Of a DNA stretch of 64,000 nt, positions 13,101-25,985 are shown piece after piece. A program made the translations under genes and the position numbers. The notes under the pieces were generated by a model. The model ran no database searches, was not told the DNA's origin, and worked only from the letters and a program-made list of their open reading frames with translations. Every line of letters starts with the position of its first letter. The stretch's first letter is position 1. This DNA is from the human T2T-CHM13v2.0 reference genome, Homo sapiens: NCBI RefSeq assembly GCF_009914755.1, contig NC_060932.1. The stretch is one strand, 5' to 3'.

Positions 13101-14599
13101 TTTGGGGAAGTTGGTGGGGATGTCCACTTGTTAGGAGTCAAACTTCTTAGAGAGAAATCAGATTCAATCTGAGCCTTTGAAATTTCACTAGGAATTTTGC
13201 TCGTAATGAACTTAGTAATTTGTCATGAGGCCATAGAAGGAATATAGATCCAAGTCTGGTTTCGTGTGTGTGGCTTTTCCTTAGTTAGAAATTTCCCTAG
13301 AAGCGTCTTTGAAGTTAGCAGCATTAAAGATGGTTACCCACCAACACACAAGCTCATAAACTGAACAGATGCTGGGCCATTACAGACGTCTTTGGAAACT
13401 TCTGCCTGCAATGAGAAGCCACAGGGAAGCACTTTATGAGGCTGCAGCTGAGTCATATGGAGGAGGTGGCAGCTGTGGGGCAGTGGGGATTGAGAGGGAG
13501 TAGTCTGGATGAAGTCCCTGGCAGTTTGGCTCACCGGTCACAAGTTGTGATCTTGGCCATATTATGTAGCACCTCTGAGCCTCAGTTCAGCCCTCTGCAT
13601 GATAGTAATTAAGGCATGGGATGATGTAGTTATTCTTGCAGTGTAAATGAAAGTGTTTTATAAACTAGAACACACCACGTAGAGGTGAGATTTTATTAAA
13701 TCAGCTTCCCATTATTTGCTTCCTATGTGACTAATCTATTAACTAATTGACTCAATAATTATTTACTGAGGTTTTGTAGTATGTGAATAATAATAATCTT
13801 AATCTTTATGGAGATATAAATTAGCATTCTATTGCTCCTTTATTAATTAACTTCATTCAATACCTATTTATGGATTAGGGCAGTTTATGAAAAAAATAGT
13901 ACTATTGCTGCTGTTAAGCACACAGTGAACACTTAGTAAATGCAAACTACAACTACATTACTATTTCTATTGCCAATTTTTTTTTGCTTGCTATTATAGG
14001 TCTTGGAGAATCAGTGAAACTAAAGCACAGTTTTTGATCTCAAGGAGCTCATGATTTAACAGGCAGATTTAAAAATAAACAAATTGCAATGCAGTATATT
14101 AGTGGAACAGTAAACATATCTAGGCATTTAGAGGAGAAGAAGTAGGCATTTAGAGGTGATGGTGGTGGAGGAGGCAGCTGTAGAAGGGGATTTCAGAGTG
14201 GATTATCTGAGTTGGGTTTTAAGGGATGATATGAATTTATCCTACAAATAAATTGACTTAACTTTGTAAGTCAATAGTGCTGTTCACACTAATAATGTAC
14301 AAAGTCATACAACACAGAGTGTGTTGACAGACCACCAGGTGTGAGAGTGGGATGGTAGGAGGCAGACTAATGAGAGATGAAGTTGGAGAGGTAGGCAAGA
14401 AGGCATCAGATAGATTTCAGGGAAACTCAGACACTACGTTTTTTGTTTGTTTGTTTTGCTACAAACCTAGATGGAGTGTGTTTGCTGCAGGGACAATATT
14501 CACTTGTAATGGTAGAATCTGAAATTTATATTTAAAATGATATTTATTCAGACTTTCCTTGTATAATGTCCTTTCTAGATGAACATTCAGTCCACTTGA

Positions 14600-16700
14600 G
14601 CACCAATCAAGGACAAGACTTAAGGTTTTGAGTTGGGCAGCCCCATGGCTGGTGGTGCCAATTCCAAGATAAAGAATGTAAGAGGGGAACCAGTGGAAGA
14701 ATGTGGTTGTGGGTGGAAGTGAGATTATGTGTTCAGTTTTCAACATCCTGAGCTTAAAGGACATCTGCTTGGAGGTGTCCAGGAAGCACCGAATATATAA
14801 GCATGGAGCTTGGGCAGAGGGTCTAGCCTGGTTGTATTTGGTGGTCATTAGCATGTCAGTGGTATTTGAAGTCGTAGGGATATGAGCACACCCATGGAGA
14901 ATGTCAGATGTAAAGAGTAAGAGTCAAGGGCAGCCCCTTGAGGAGAGGAGGAGACACTAGGAAGAGCAGCTGGAGACAGGGGAGGCACACTGGTGGCATC
15001 TGCTATCATGGAACCCAGGCCAGGGAGATGTGATTCATCATTTCAAGGAAAATGGAGACTGGAAGTGTCCATTGAGTTAGTCATGAAGAGCCCTTTGAAA
15101 ATTTAGTGGAGTAAAGAGGAAGGAAACTCAATAGTAGTGATTTGAGGAAGTAGAAACTACAAATTTTCCCAAGCATCTTGGCTATGAAAGTAAGAGAACA
15201 AGATTGACAGCTAAAAAAAGAATTGTGGAACATTAGCTGGTAATCATGTTTAGGTCATAGATTACTTGTGACAGTGAATTAAAAACAGTATGTTCCACCA
15301 TATATATCAAATTTTGCCTATATTTTTTAGGGAAATGGGTCACCTGAAACCCAGACCATGAGATGAGAAACTTTGGGTTAAAGTGTTTTTCTTACAAGGG
15401 GGATATTTCAGCATGTTCCTATGCAAAAAGTGAAGTGTCGGTGTCGAGGGACACACTAAAGATAAAGGAAGAATGGGAGTGGGGCTGGGTTGGGGGTAAT
15501 TGATAGATGGAGGCCCCTGAAGGGGTGAGGAAGAATGAGCTCTAGAGCACAGATAGAAGGACTGACTTCCAATGGACACCCTTCTTCTGTATTAGGAGAA
15601 ATCAAGAGGGAAAGATAAAATGGCTTATAGAGGGGATGAGGGGGAAGGAAGCTGAAGCAGATATTGACAGATGGCCCCTTTTTGCTCTGGGAGGCCAGAG
15701 GTCAGGCACTGGCTGAGAGCAGAAGGGGATGGATGAGGTCTAGGCCTGAGAGAGCGGCAAGCACTGAAAGCAGTGGCTGCAAGGGGTGGAAGAGAGGGGA
15801 CCAACTGATCAAACTGTGCCGGGGGTCAGTTGAAGCTGAAGGTCCACAGGTTGTAAAGGCACCAGTGTGTTCAGCTGTGGCCATGGGAAATTTCTTTGCC
15901 CATGCTCAGCAGACTGAGACAAGCTGCAGGGAAAGAGAGCCCATTGGGTTAGTCCCATTGGGAGGAAGAGAATTGAGGACATTGCTCAAAGGGAAGCTGA
16001 GATAATGGACCAATGGGAGGTCTTGGTTGGATGATGAGCCACTGAGGATGGATACCATGGAGTGGGTGGGAGCGTAGAAATCACAGTGAAATTAAAGAGC
16101 TGGCGTGAGTGGGCTAAAGTGTGAATGTGCTGGAGAGAAAGAAAACTGTGGTCCATATCAGCAAGTGCAGCTTAGGAAAACTACAATTTAAATGGTGATG
16201 GAGTTCAATGCCTTGGCAGGGTTTGGGGTGTGATCATGGAGGCAGTTGGCTGGAATGGAGTGGAAATGAAGGTCTCTGGGATTGAAGCAGACAAGAAACT
16301 GAGACCAGAGTTTCAAATGGGCTTCTACTCTCCCTAAGATGATGAAACCACTCAAGATTTTAGCAGGATTTGGAGTGGCAATGGGCTTGAGGAATATGGG
16401 AGAATGACTAGGCATTCTCAGTTAAGGATGATGAGAAGGACTAGAAGATTTCATTGTCAGAGGGTTGGGCCTCCAAGAACCAGGACTGCAGCCCAGAGTG
16501 AAGGAGGGGACATTACAGTCATGGTAAGAACCCTGGTTTCTGGGACACAGGAGGCTGGGGAAGGATGAGACAGGTTCAGGGGGTAGCAGTGCAACAACGT
16601 GAGTTGGTTTCAGAGAGAAGGACGAGCAGGAGTCTGGACCAGAGTGAGAAAGGCCAAGATGGTGCAGAGAGGACAGGCGGGCTGGCATTCTGCTTTTTGA
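14600..16700 (-). mobile_element. Degraded L2 fragments
   Basis: Purine-rich L2-like text (gttcagttttcaacatcctgagc...ggagcttgggcagaggg; gaagtgtccattgagttag); boundaries approximate. Confidence 0.5.
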
Positions 16701-18269
16701 TTGGGGGAAGGTATGTGGTTGCCACCCTTTCATCCTATCAAATAAGAATAATTAAAAAAAAAAACTAGAATCTATTCTTCTCATTATTTTGCAAAAGGAC
16801 ATTCATTTCCCCAGTTAGGAAGGACCACTATCAGCAGGTCATAAAATTACAATATTTTGCCTTCCAGATGGCATCCCTTATACTCCTCCTTATTCCTGGA
16901 AAAAGCATACAAACTCCCTGTCAAGCTGCCTGTAGGATTTTTGGTTCCCAGGTGTGGACTACCCACCCATTGAGGTGCATAACGACTGGGTTCATGCTCT
17001 CTCTCAGATCTGCCTTCTGGGTTGGAGGTCAGAAAACTGCAGCCTGCAGCCTGCAGCCTGTTTTTGTGTAGCCTAGGAGTGAAGAATAGGCCTATCACAT
17101 TTTTAAAGGGGTGCAAACAATAGAAGAATATGCAGCAGAGAACAAATGTGGCTGGTGAGGCCTACAATATTTACTACCTGGCTCTTTACTATCTTCTCAG
17201 TGATATTTCTTCTTAGAAGATATTTACTATCTTCTCAGTGAGCAGAAGGTCACTGATCCTTGTCCTGAAGGCTTACATTGTCTCTGTCCTTCCTTCTGTA
17301 TCCCTCAATCCTTTATGTGGGTCTTTTCTGGTCCTTCTGGGTCACACAACCAGACCTACATCCCCCTGTGGGACCATCTTGATGTGACAGCATTTCTTTC
17401 CAGGAAGATGAGGGGGTAGCAACTGTAACATCACTACTATTAACATTCACTCTTAATATTAAATTTTGGTTGAAAAAGCCCTGTTTTACAAGTGACAGCA
17501 AGGATGCCATCATGCATTCAACAATGCAGACAGTGGTGAGAGCTCAGGCTCTGGAGGTTGATGTATGGGAGGTCAAATCCTTAACAAATGTTAGTGAGTA
17601 TGGCTGTGCCAAGCAGTTTGCAGCCATTGGATGGCTCTATTCAGCCTTCAGCCTGTGCCCAGAGCTCCCTGATTTATCATGCTATGGCACACACAGGGGA
17701 TGATGACAACTGCATGACTCATTGGGGTAAACAGATGGGAAGATGGGACCAACCCTAGCTCCCTCCACCCCTTGCCCTCCCACAGGCTGGAAAGATCAGT
17801 AGCAAACTGTGACTCTCACTGTATGAGAAGCTCTGCTTTACGGTTCAGGTGGTAAAACTGTTCCTGTTCACAAATTAAAACAAAAGACCAATAATTGAGA
17901 CTTAGCGTATAATTTACTCCAAGTCACAGAGCTGGCAGGAGGCAGAGCTGGCATCTGGCCAGGCAGAGTGCCCCAGAGTGGTCCTTCCTTAAAATGTGCA
18001 ATGCCACCTCTTAGAGCAGGAGTGACCGGAAGAGTCACATCAGACAGCTGCGTGTGGATGGAAGGAGACAACACACGGAGCACATCACATTATGTCTGTG
18101 CCGCTTCGTACAGGAGATGCTTCAACCCTATGAGCCATTTGACTATGTGCATGCGATAGGGTGGGAAGTATCAGTATGATGAGCATTTTATGCTAGAGAG
18201 CAGCACTGGGGCAGAGCAGGCCCTCTGTAAATCAGTGAGTGGATGCTGTCACCGAGTGCACACTTATTT

Positions 18270-18686
18270 TGTTACTTGGCTGCAGCTGCCATAACAAAGT
18301 ACCACGAACTGGGTAGCTTCAACAACAGACATCATCTTCCCACAGCTCTGGAGGCTGCAAGTCTGAGATCAAAGTGTAGACAAGGTTGATTCCTTCCAAG
18401 GTCCCTGTGGGAAGGATCTGTCCCCAGCCTCTCCCCTTGGCTTGTAGATGGCACCCTCTCCTTGCACCTCTTCACTCCATCTTCCCTCTGTGCACGTGTC
18501 TCTGTCAACATTTCCCTTTTTTACAAGGACACCAGACCACCATTGGATTAAGGCCTACTCTAATGAACTCATTTTAACGTGATTATGTCTGTTAAGAGTC
18601 TACCCCAATAAGGTCACATCCTGAGGACCTACGGGTTAGGACTGCAACGTGTGAATTTTGGGGGGGACACAGTTCAACCCATGACA
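18270..18686 (-). mobile_element. MaLR LTR (MLT1A-C group)
   Basis: gctgccataacaaagtaccac...ggaggctgcaagtctgagatcaa...ggggacacagttcaacccatgaca. Confidence 0.85.
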
Positions 18687-19743
18687 CCTACTGTCACCCC
18701 TCTGCTAAGCACTGAGATGCGGAGTCGAAGATAAGAGTGTGCTCACTGAAGAGCTCAACAGTAGGTATTTGGAGGCTGAATGGAGAGGTCAGGATGTCTG
18801 GGTATTTTTCTAGGGTTGTGAATGTTGAAAGAGGCCCAGGAGTGTCTGCTGCAAGTGTAAAGAATTTCTCCTGGAGAAATGCTGAACCAATCAGCAGCTC
18901 TCCTCCCATTTTCATTCTGCAAATAACCACAACATTACAAGGATGTCTTTATTTGGTCTTCCTTCCTTCTGTTATCAAAGGAACATCTGGTCTTTGATAA
19001 ATGCTGTTAAGAACAAACATAGGCCACTATGTCCTGGTTCTCACTTGAATGATGGTCTCTGGTGAGAAAGCAGGATGTCTCAATGCAATGTTGTCTCCGT
19101 CCGATGACGACAGGGAGACGTGAGCTGGGCTCTTCCTTCCAGCAAGTGCCCTGTGGCCGTACAGGCCTCCAAGGCAGCTTCCAGTCACTTCTATTCTGCT
19201 TATCACAGGGATCATGAAGGTTTGCTGGGGGCCTGAAAGACTTTTCCTGCCTGAAAGGTTTCAGAATGTCACGGTTTACCCCAGCCAGCCTGTGCAGGTG
19301 TGGAAACCGCCTCTTCTATTTCCCAGCTATTCCATATTCAGGAGCAATCACTTGATGAGTGCTGAGCAGCTGAAAGAAATTCCTCTTGGTTTTGATTGCG
19401 GGAAGAAGGGTGAGGATCCTGAAGACTTTTGGATGCCTTGGACTCACTGTTTATTTTTGATGAGTCCTAAGAAAGTCATGTGATCTTTTTATACAATAAA
19501 TGGGATGGGTCTGTGATTATTTGAACGTTGGAGAGAGTGTCAGGCATTTGCTGCCGGTTTGACATTCTGCCCTTGGATCTGATACAAAAATGCTTGGAGG
19601 CACTTTCCGCCTGTTTTTCAAATGAGGGAGGCAATGGCCAGAGCAGAAGCTCACCTGTCATTACCTGCCAGCAAGCGGCAGACCTCTGCCTGTGGGGTGC
19701 ATGCAGCTCTATAGTGATGTGTAATTTTTTGGGCAATTTTTAA

Positions 19744-20552
19744 TGTAAATTATTTTACTTCTTCCATGATGATTTAGTTGGACTGTCTTTAAACCAGTAC
19801 AAATATTTCATAAATAATATCTGGCCACTTTCTAAGCGATTAATTTGTTGCTCAATAAGCCGCCTCACATCTTTCAGCAAGAAATACATTAAATCTGAAT
19901 AGCAAATACATTACACAATAAATTCAGACACAATTAAAATTTGCTTTAAATATTTCTTTGGGGGAGAGGACATCACACTTCTACTCAATGAAGAGAAACA
20001 TTTTTACAGTCTGATGTCTTATATTTTATTTTAACATCTACTATGCCATGAACTCATAGGGAATAGGTTCTAGCAGCTCTGGCCTTTCCCACTGGTTCTC
20101 ACACAGTGCGCTTCTCTGCGTGGAGCAAGCTGGCGCTTCAGTTGAGCCCAGGTACCCTTCTCTTGGGCTTCTTTTTCTGATCATTTTCCTTCACGTGTTT
20201 CAGGAAGCTATCTTGACTCCCAGAGTGCTTAATGTGCTCAATACCCACATTAATTCTCTTGTCAAGAATCATGCCCTTGTTCATTTGCAACAATGCCAGC
20301 AGTACACTGGGGAACATTGTAAACGCTTCCAGTTTTGCCATGGTAACACCTGTGGGTTATACCTTTTTGAACAGTGCCCATTCCCTTGATGCCTACCATA
20401 TCACCTTTCTTACAGATTCACATGTACCTGGCCAAACGAACAACTCCATGTTTTCCAAAAGGCTTGGAGAACATACCAGGTACCTCTCCTCTTTCCCTTT
20501 GTGTTTGTCATTTTGGCGAATTACTGGAAGATGGTGGTTCCAGCTGAAAGGC
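19744..20552 (-). pseudogene. RPL21P: RPL21 processed pseudogene (5'UTR, disabled CDS 20511->20041, long 3' extension)
   Basis: Minus strand MTNTKGKRRG...[13 protein letters not shown]...[14 protein letters not shown]...[10 protein letters not shown]; no introns; early frameshift; TGA at 20418-20420; flanking direct repeats ttttt(g)ggcaatttttaa at ~19726-19743 and 20553-20569. Confidence 0.93.
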
Positions 20553-20792
20553 TTTTTGGCAATTTTTAACAGCTGAAAATAAACCTTGAAATAAACATTT
20601 TCTCCTTTAACTGATGTCTGGGAAGGAAGAAACAAAAAAAGAAAGAGAAGAAAGGAAATAAGGAAGGAGGGAGGGAGAGAGTGAAGGAGGGAAGAAAAGA
20701 GAATTAAACACGATTATCTACATATCAATGGAAAATTTCAAATATATTCTAGCATAATTTTTTTCTACTTAGTATCCATTAAAAAAGGGAAT

Positions 20793-21050
20793 CATTGTGG
20801 AATGCTTAAATCAATCAAATGAACACAGCCATCCCTCGGATACTTATTTTTTTTTTTTTTTGTGGTGAGAACATTTGAAATTGATTCTCTTAGTAGTTTC
20901 GAAATGTGCCATATGTTAACTATAGTCACTGTGCTGTGTAATAGATCTCAAAAAGTACTCCTCTGCATCATATACATATATCATAACCTTGTATTATACC
21001 CCATAAATATGTATAATTATAATCTGTCCGTTAAAAATAAAAATTAAGCT
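20793..21050 (+). mobile_element. Short 5'-inverted L1MA insertion
   Basis: Antisense L1MA 3'UTR piece (cattgtggaatg...aatagatctc) followed by the sense terminal piece (atacatatatc...ccccataaatatg...aaaaataaaa); TSD aaaaaaggg(a/g)at at 20781-20792 and 21053-21064. Confidence 0.75.
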
Positions 21051-21858
21051 TTAAAAAAGGGGATATGGTGCTTTCTAGAAAGGAATAGAAGTGCCTCCAT
21101 GTCACCCAGAGGCCCGCCTGTGCAGAGACTGCAGCTGTGCTGCCTCCAGGTTGTGAGGTGACCCAAGCTGCCCCCATCACCTCCTGCCTCTTTGCTGCCC
21201 CCATCATCCCTCCCAGACCCTTCCTTCTCCTCTGCCCTTGTCCCCTCAGCAGCTCTGGTTTGCAGGGGGTATCACCATATAGGGCTGTCCTGGGTGCAAA
21301 CACTGACTTGCTGCCTGCCTTTCAGCTGTTTGGTCTTGGGCAAGTCAGTGGCCCTCTGTGAACCTCACTTTTCCCTCCTATAAAGTAGGGTTAGGACAGT
21401 TCATCTCAATGAAGTACCATTAGATGGAACCAGTTAATCTTTACATGACTTTTTAAGCACTTCTTACCTGCTAAATAGATAGTAGCACTCATTGCTAGTC
21501 TATCTGGTCACAGAGGAAAGAGGCTGTATGACCTCAATGAGTCTCTCTTCCTTCAGGGCCACTGTTGCCCCTCTGCCCATGGAAGGGGCAAGGCCTCTTA
21601 CTTCCAAGGGCATATTCTCCTCCAAGGCTTAGGGCCTTCTGGTGAGCTACTCCTACTCACTGAAAGAGTCACCAAGACCTTTAACCACCATGCTGTGGGG
21701 CTGTATAAGGGCTGGGAAGGTGCCTACTAGCTGCTGGGAATGAGGGCTGATCTGTCAATTACCACCTCAATGAGGAGATCCAAGACTATATAGCACAGCA
21801 GAAGAAAAGCACAGTTCCTGTGTCCTGCTGGTAGGACCTCAACTAAGTTCTGCACTGT

Positions 21859-21945
21859 GACCTGGGGCTGCCTCTGTAACCTTGGGGGTGCCTCTGTAAC
21901 CTTGAATGATGCCTCTATAATCTTAGGTGGTGTCTCTATGGTCTG
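21859..21945. repeat. Degenerate ~21-22 bp tandem repeat, ~4 copies
   Basis: tgcctctgtaaccttgggggtgcctctgtaaccttgaatgatgcctctataatcttagg. Confidence 0.75.
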
Positions 21946-23736
21946 GGGGAGTATCCTGTGGTCTTTCCTCCAGTGCCTCAGTGTCCCCATCTGTTATGAA
22001 GATCAATGCGAGTTAACATAAGTAACTGAAATTACATTGTAAATCGATATTGTTTTCACTTCTGAATGTGTGTTGTGTTTGGTGAGTGGGTGAGAGTAGG
22101 GGACACACAGGACCACCCTGTAAAAGTGGAGGGTTGCAATGCAGCTGGAGTGACTGACCCTGCCAACCACACATCTGCCTGGTACCCTGGAGGACCATAG
22201 GTGGTGAGTGCTGTGACCAGATGCGGATGTTAGAACGGTTTTGGTTATCCCAGCACCAGCATGAGAATGGCCTGAGTGGGCTGAGACTCATGATCAGGAG
22301 GCCCTTGTTTGGAGCCTGCATGGTAACTGCAGTGAAATTGATGAGGCCAGAACCAGGTGGAAAAGAAAAGACAGTTCCTAGAGGGGCTGAGCATGTAGAC
22401 TCCACTGGGAGGAGGCGATAAGGATGATAGGATTTCTGGTTTGGACAATGGAGGGAGTGGTGGAAACATTCCCTGAGGAAAGAAAGAACATGGTGTACGA
22501 GTGAAAAGGAGCACTGGGGGACAGTAATGGCTTCATTTTGGGACTTGCTAAGCTCGTGAAACCTTGAAACACTGAAGTTTATAGATGTTGCTGCAATTCA
22601 GCAGCAAGTTTCCCATGAAAACTGAGGCCCAGCCCATGGCACCGCAGGCACACTGCGCAGGAGGTGAGAGGCTGTGGAGGCCCTCCTGGGCAGGAAGCAA
22701 GCTGCCCTGGGACAGGGGGACAGGGGGACAGTGGGGCGAGGGGAGGAGGGGTCAGGTGGAAGTCAGGAGTCAGATGTTTGGTGGGGACATAACTGGCAGT
22801 AGTTTGGGCTCCTGTGCCCCTTAAAGGACACCCCTGGTACTTCCATCCAGGCTGAGAGCCCCATCATTTTGAAAAAACAGTGTCCAGACTGCATCAGGAA
22901 CCAAGTAGCTTGACCCAGAGACGGTGAAGGTGGCTGTGTTTGCTGAGCATTTCCCCTGGGCAGCAGCTCACATCTAGTAACTCATTCATTTGTGGTTACA
23001 ACCCTAGGAGAGACAGTCATTTAATATCACCATTTTATAGATAAGGAAACTGAGGCTCAGAGAAGGGGAGTGGCTTGCCCAAAGTCACACAGTGTAGTCT
23101 GGCTGCTTTACTGTGTCCCATTTTTGACATACACTCATAGCCAATTGTTAGTGTCAGCTGCTGGGTGTGTTCAACTCTTCTCTGGTTTCTGGCAATATAA
23201 GGGGGCCCTGATGTTATTCTCTAACCAGCGTTGGCTCCCCGGGAGGTGTGCAGAGGGCTGTGTGGTCTCGCACCACTAGGGAGCATGCCAGTGAGCATGG
23301 AGGGCATCCCTTCTTACCAGGCAGGACAGTCACTGTGTAGGAGCCAACCTGTCCGGCTTTCCTCTCGGCTCACCTCTCCCTCCTACTCCATCTTCTCCCT
23401 GCACTGGAGGAAAAGAACTCCTTTCCTGAGGCCTGGATCCAAGGGCCTCAGAGCAAAGGTGCTGATGGATTAATTTACCCCACAAACGCAATGGTCCATG
23501 TGTCATCTACAGAGAGACATTATGCTTATTAGAGATCATGAACAAGGGCAATGCGTAACACAAAGATCTTTAAAATTAGAGTTTCTCAGAGTAGTTAAGG
23601 GACTTGCCTGAGGACACACAGTGTCAGGCTGAGTGAGGTTTAGAACTCAGAACTGTTTCTTCACTAGCCTAAGCTGTGTCTCCAGCAATCATGGCCAAAA
23701 CAAAACCAAAACCAAAAAGGATATCTTAGAGACCAC

Positions 23737-23890
23737 AGTCATTTTCAAACTTGGACGTGTGTCGGAATCACCAGGAAAGTTAATAGACTACAGAGGCCCC
23801 AGCTCTTTGAAGTGAGAACTGGGCCTGGACTTTGGAATTCTTGTCACATTTCTCAAGAGAATCTGATGCTCACCCAAGTTTGAGAACTAC
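23737..23890. mobile_element. MER5A (hAT-Charlie) fragment
   Basis: cagtcattttcaaactt...gaatcaccagg...aagtttgagaactac terminal inverted repeats. Confidence 0.7.
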
Positions 23891-24049
23891 GATGGACGGG
23901 TAAGAATCATCTTAAATGTTTTGGCTTCTTAGACTGTTTTTCCAGGCTGCCACCGTTGGCTGTCAGGTACAGTCCTGGAGTATCAGAGGAGGCCCGTAAA
24001 TAGTTGTTGAATGAATACATGATTGAAAGAACAAATATACACAGCTGAC

Positions 24050-25430
24050 TTAGTTAATACCGCAGGTTTCCAATCTACTGCCTCGTGGAGGCATATCCTT
24101 GCTAGACCGGAATATAGTTTTGGTCCTGTTTTCAAAGTAACCACACAACAAAGAGCCTATTAATATTATGAATAGTCAGTTGTATTTTGATAGTAATAGA
24201 AAAGCCAGTAGACTTGAACAGGAAAAAATAGGCAAATAATTTAAAAGATGAGATGTTAATTTTTTAGTTATAGGTTTTTTGAATCATGATTTCAGTTTTG
24301 AATTTTTTAATGTGATTTGGCCAGTGGTTTTAAAATGTGTATTAGAATGGGCCATAATATGTAGTCAGTTGGAATCTCAGAAAACCTGGCACGTTTTAAG
24401 GTTTCACAATTTTATTTTGGCCATTTTTATGTTAATTTTTTTTTAGTAAACTCCTGTCACCCAGGGAGATATTTGTTGAAGTGTTGACTGGAGGTTGGCT
24501 GTCCGGTATTTTGTTGTTTTAGTTTGGGATGATTTATTTTTTATTGCAAGAATTTAGTAAAGCAGGCAGAGTTCAAAAGACAGAGCCTTTTTAATTTAGG
24601 CCTTTAAAATTATGGACTTTATTTTTATGCTAAGTCTGAAATGTCATGGGACTGGAGTGGCGCTGGAAGGAGTAAGACCGGGAGAAGGGGGAGGAGAGGC
24701 GGGGACGGAAGAAAACACAAGAGTTGACTTTGTAAGTTTTTTTAATGTGTTTTTAAATTTTTTTTTAAGTTTATGGAGTCCTTTTGTTTCCATTGAGTGT
24801 GTAGATCAATTAGTTTGGGGATTTTTTACAAGGCTTTTTTTGTGCCCGTTAAAGTCTTTAATTTTTCTTGGGCCAGATATTGTTACACAGACCAAAAATA
24901 TAGCCAGCCAGATAAACAAAAACTAGAATTAGACCAGACTGAGTATTTTAGTGGAGGTAGGTTTTTAGTATTAGCTTCATTTTTGGAGAACTCAAGTCTA
25001 AATTATATTTGGGACTTGACCCTGATCAGGATTTGTTTTAGGACGGAACTCGAACTTATAATTTTAGACAAGGATAGAACTTTAATTTATAATTTTGGAC
25101 TATAAAAATAGGACTTGAATTTATAATTTTATGATGGGATTAAAGACAATTAAAGGCATAGGCATATATTAATGAGGTATTTATTAGAAATATGTCTAAT
25201 TTAGTTCTTTTTTTTTTTTTTTTAAGGAAAGTAGTGTCAAGGGAGCCTGGAGTGTTGAGGCAGAGAACTAGGAATCTTCTAGTCAAATCTTTAGACAAAC
25301 CAGTCTAGGTGGCCACTCAGGGTCAGTAAAGGGGACCCATACCCCACTAAAAGGATAGAGTATCTTGAACCAGTTTTGTCTCACCCATGTCTGTGAGTTT
25401 CATTGATGGTGATTTTAGTAAGTTGTCCTG
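24050..25430 (-). mobile_element. Probable ERV1 internal/leader fragment, strongly C-depleted on the + strand
   Basis: Compositionally distinct block with repeated ggac(t/g)...gaac/gaat units at ~25010-25130; resembles ERV1 internal text from memory; family not resolved. Confidence 0.5.
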
Positions 25431-25985
25431 TTAGAAAATATAAACACATAAGTAAATAGCTTTTCTCTATGTCAACAATAACCATTTTGAAAATATAATG
25501 GAATAATATCATATTCTATTCTTAATGGCATCAAATATTAAGTTTAATATTAAATAACATTCAAATCAAAAAATTTCTCTCAAATTAATGTTTAACTTTG
25601 AGATCATTCCAAGTAACCCAATGAAGCTTTCTTGAACCTTGAAATGGTAAATTTTATCCAAAAGAATGAATAGCCAAGGAGATATTTTACAAAACAAAAT
25701 AATGTGGAGAAACTTTTACCATTTGATGATAAAATACAGAGTGACTATGGTTTAAGCAGGATGGAGGCAGAGCCAGGATTTGCAAAGACATTCATGGAAA
25801 AGAAGAAACACCCACCAAAACAAATTCACTTACAGATAAGTACTCACGATGCGATAAGCATGCATTTTGAATTAAAGGAGAGATTATATTTTAAAATAAA
25901 TGACACTAGCATTGCAATCTATGAACTAAAAATAGAAAAATGAAAAAAAAACAAAATAAAAATTAATCAATAAACCATAGACTCT
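25430..25985 (+). mobile_element. Old L1M ORF2-region remnant
   Basis: A-rich; aatagcttttctctatg...caataacc; aatagccaag...ttttacaaaacaaa motifs typical of L1 ORF2. Confidence 0.5.

Noticed and set aside
17185-17241. Short direct repeat tttactatcttctcagtga inside a hAT (MER3/33-like) remnant
   Set aside because: Small slippage or repair duplication in a decayed repeat; no sign of function
20138-20341. Ribosomal L21-like ORF as a functional gene
   Set aside because: Frameshifts, an internal stop, no introns and TSDs show it is a processed pseudogene
25010-25130. Repeated ~30-nt units that might suggest a CRISPR-like or tRNA-like array
   Set aside because: Mammalian context, degenerate irregular units with no unique spacers or cloverleaf; better explained as internal repeats of the ERV-like block
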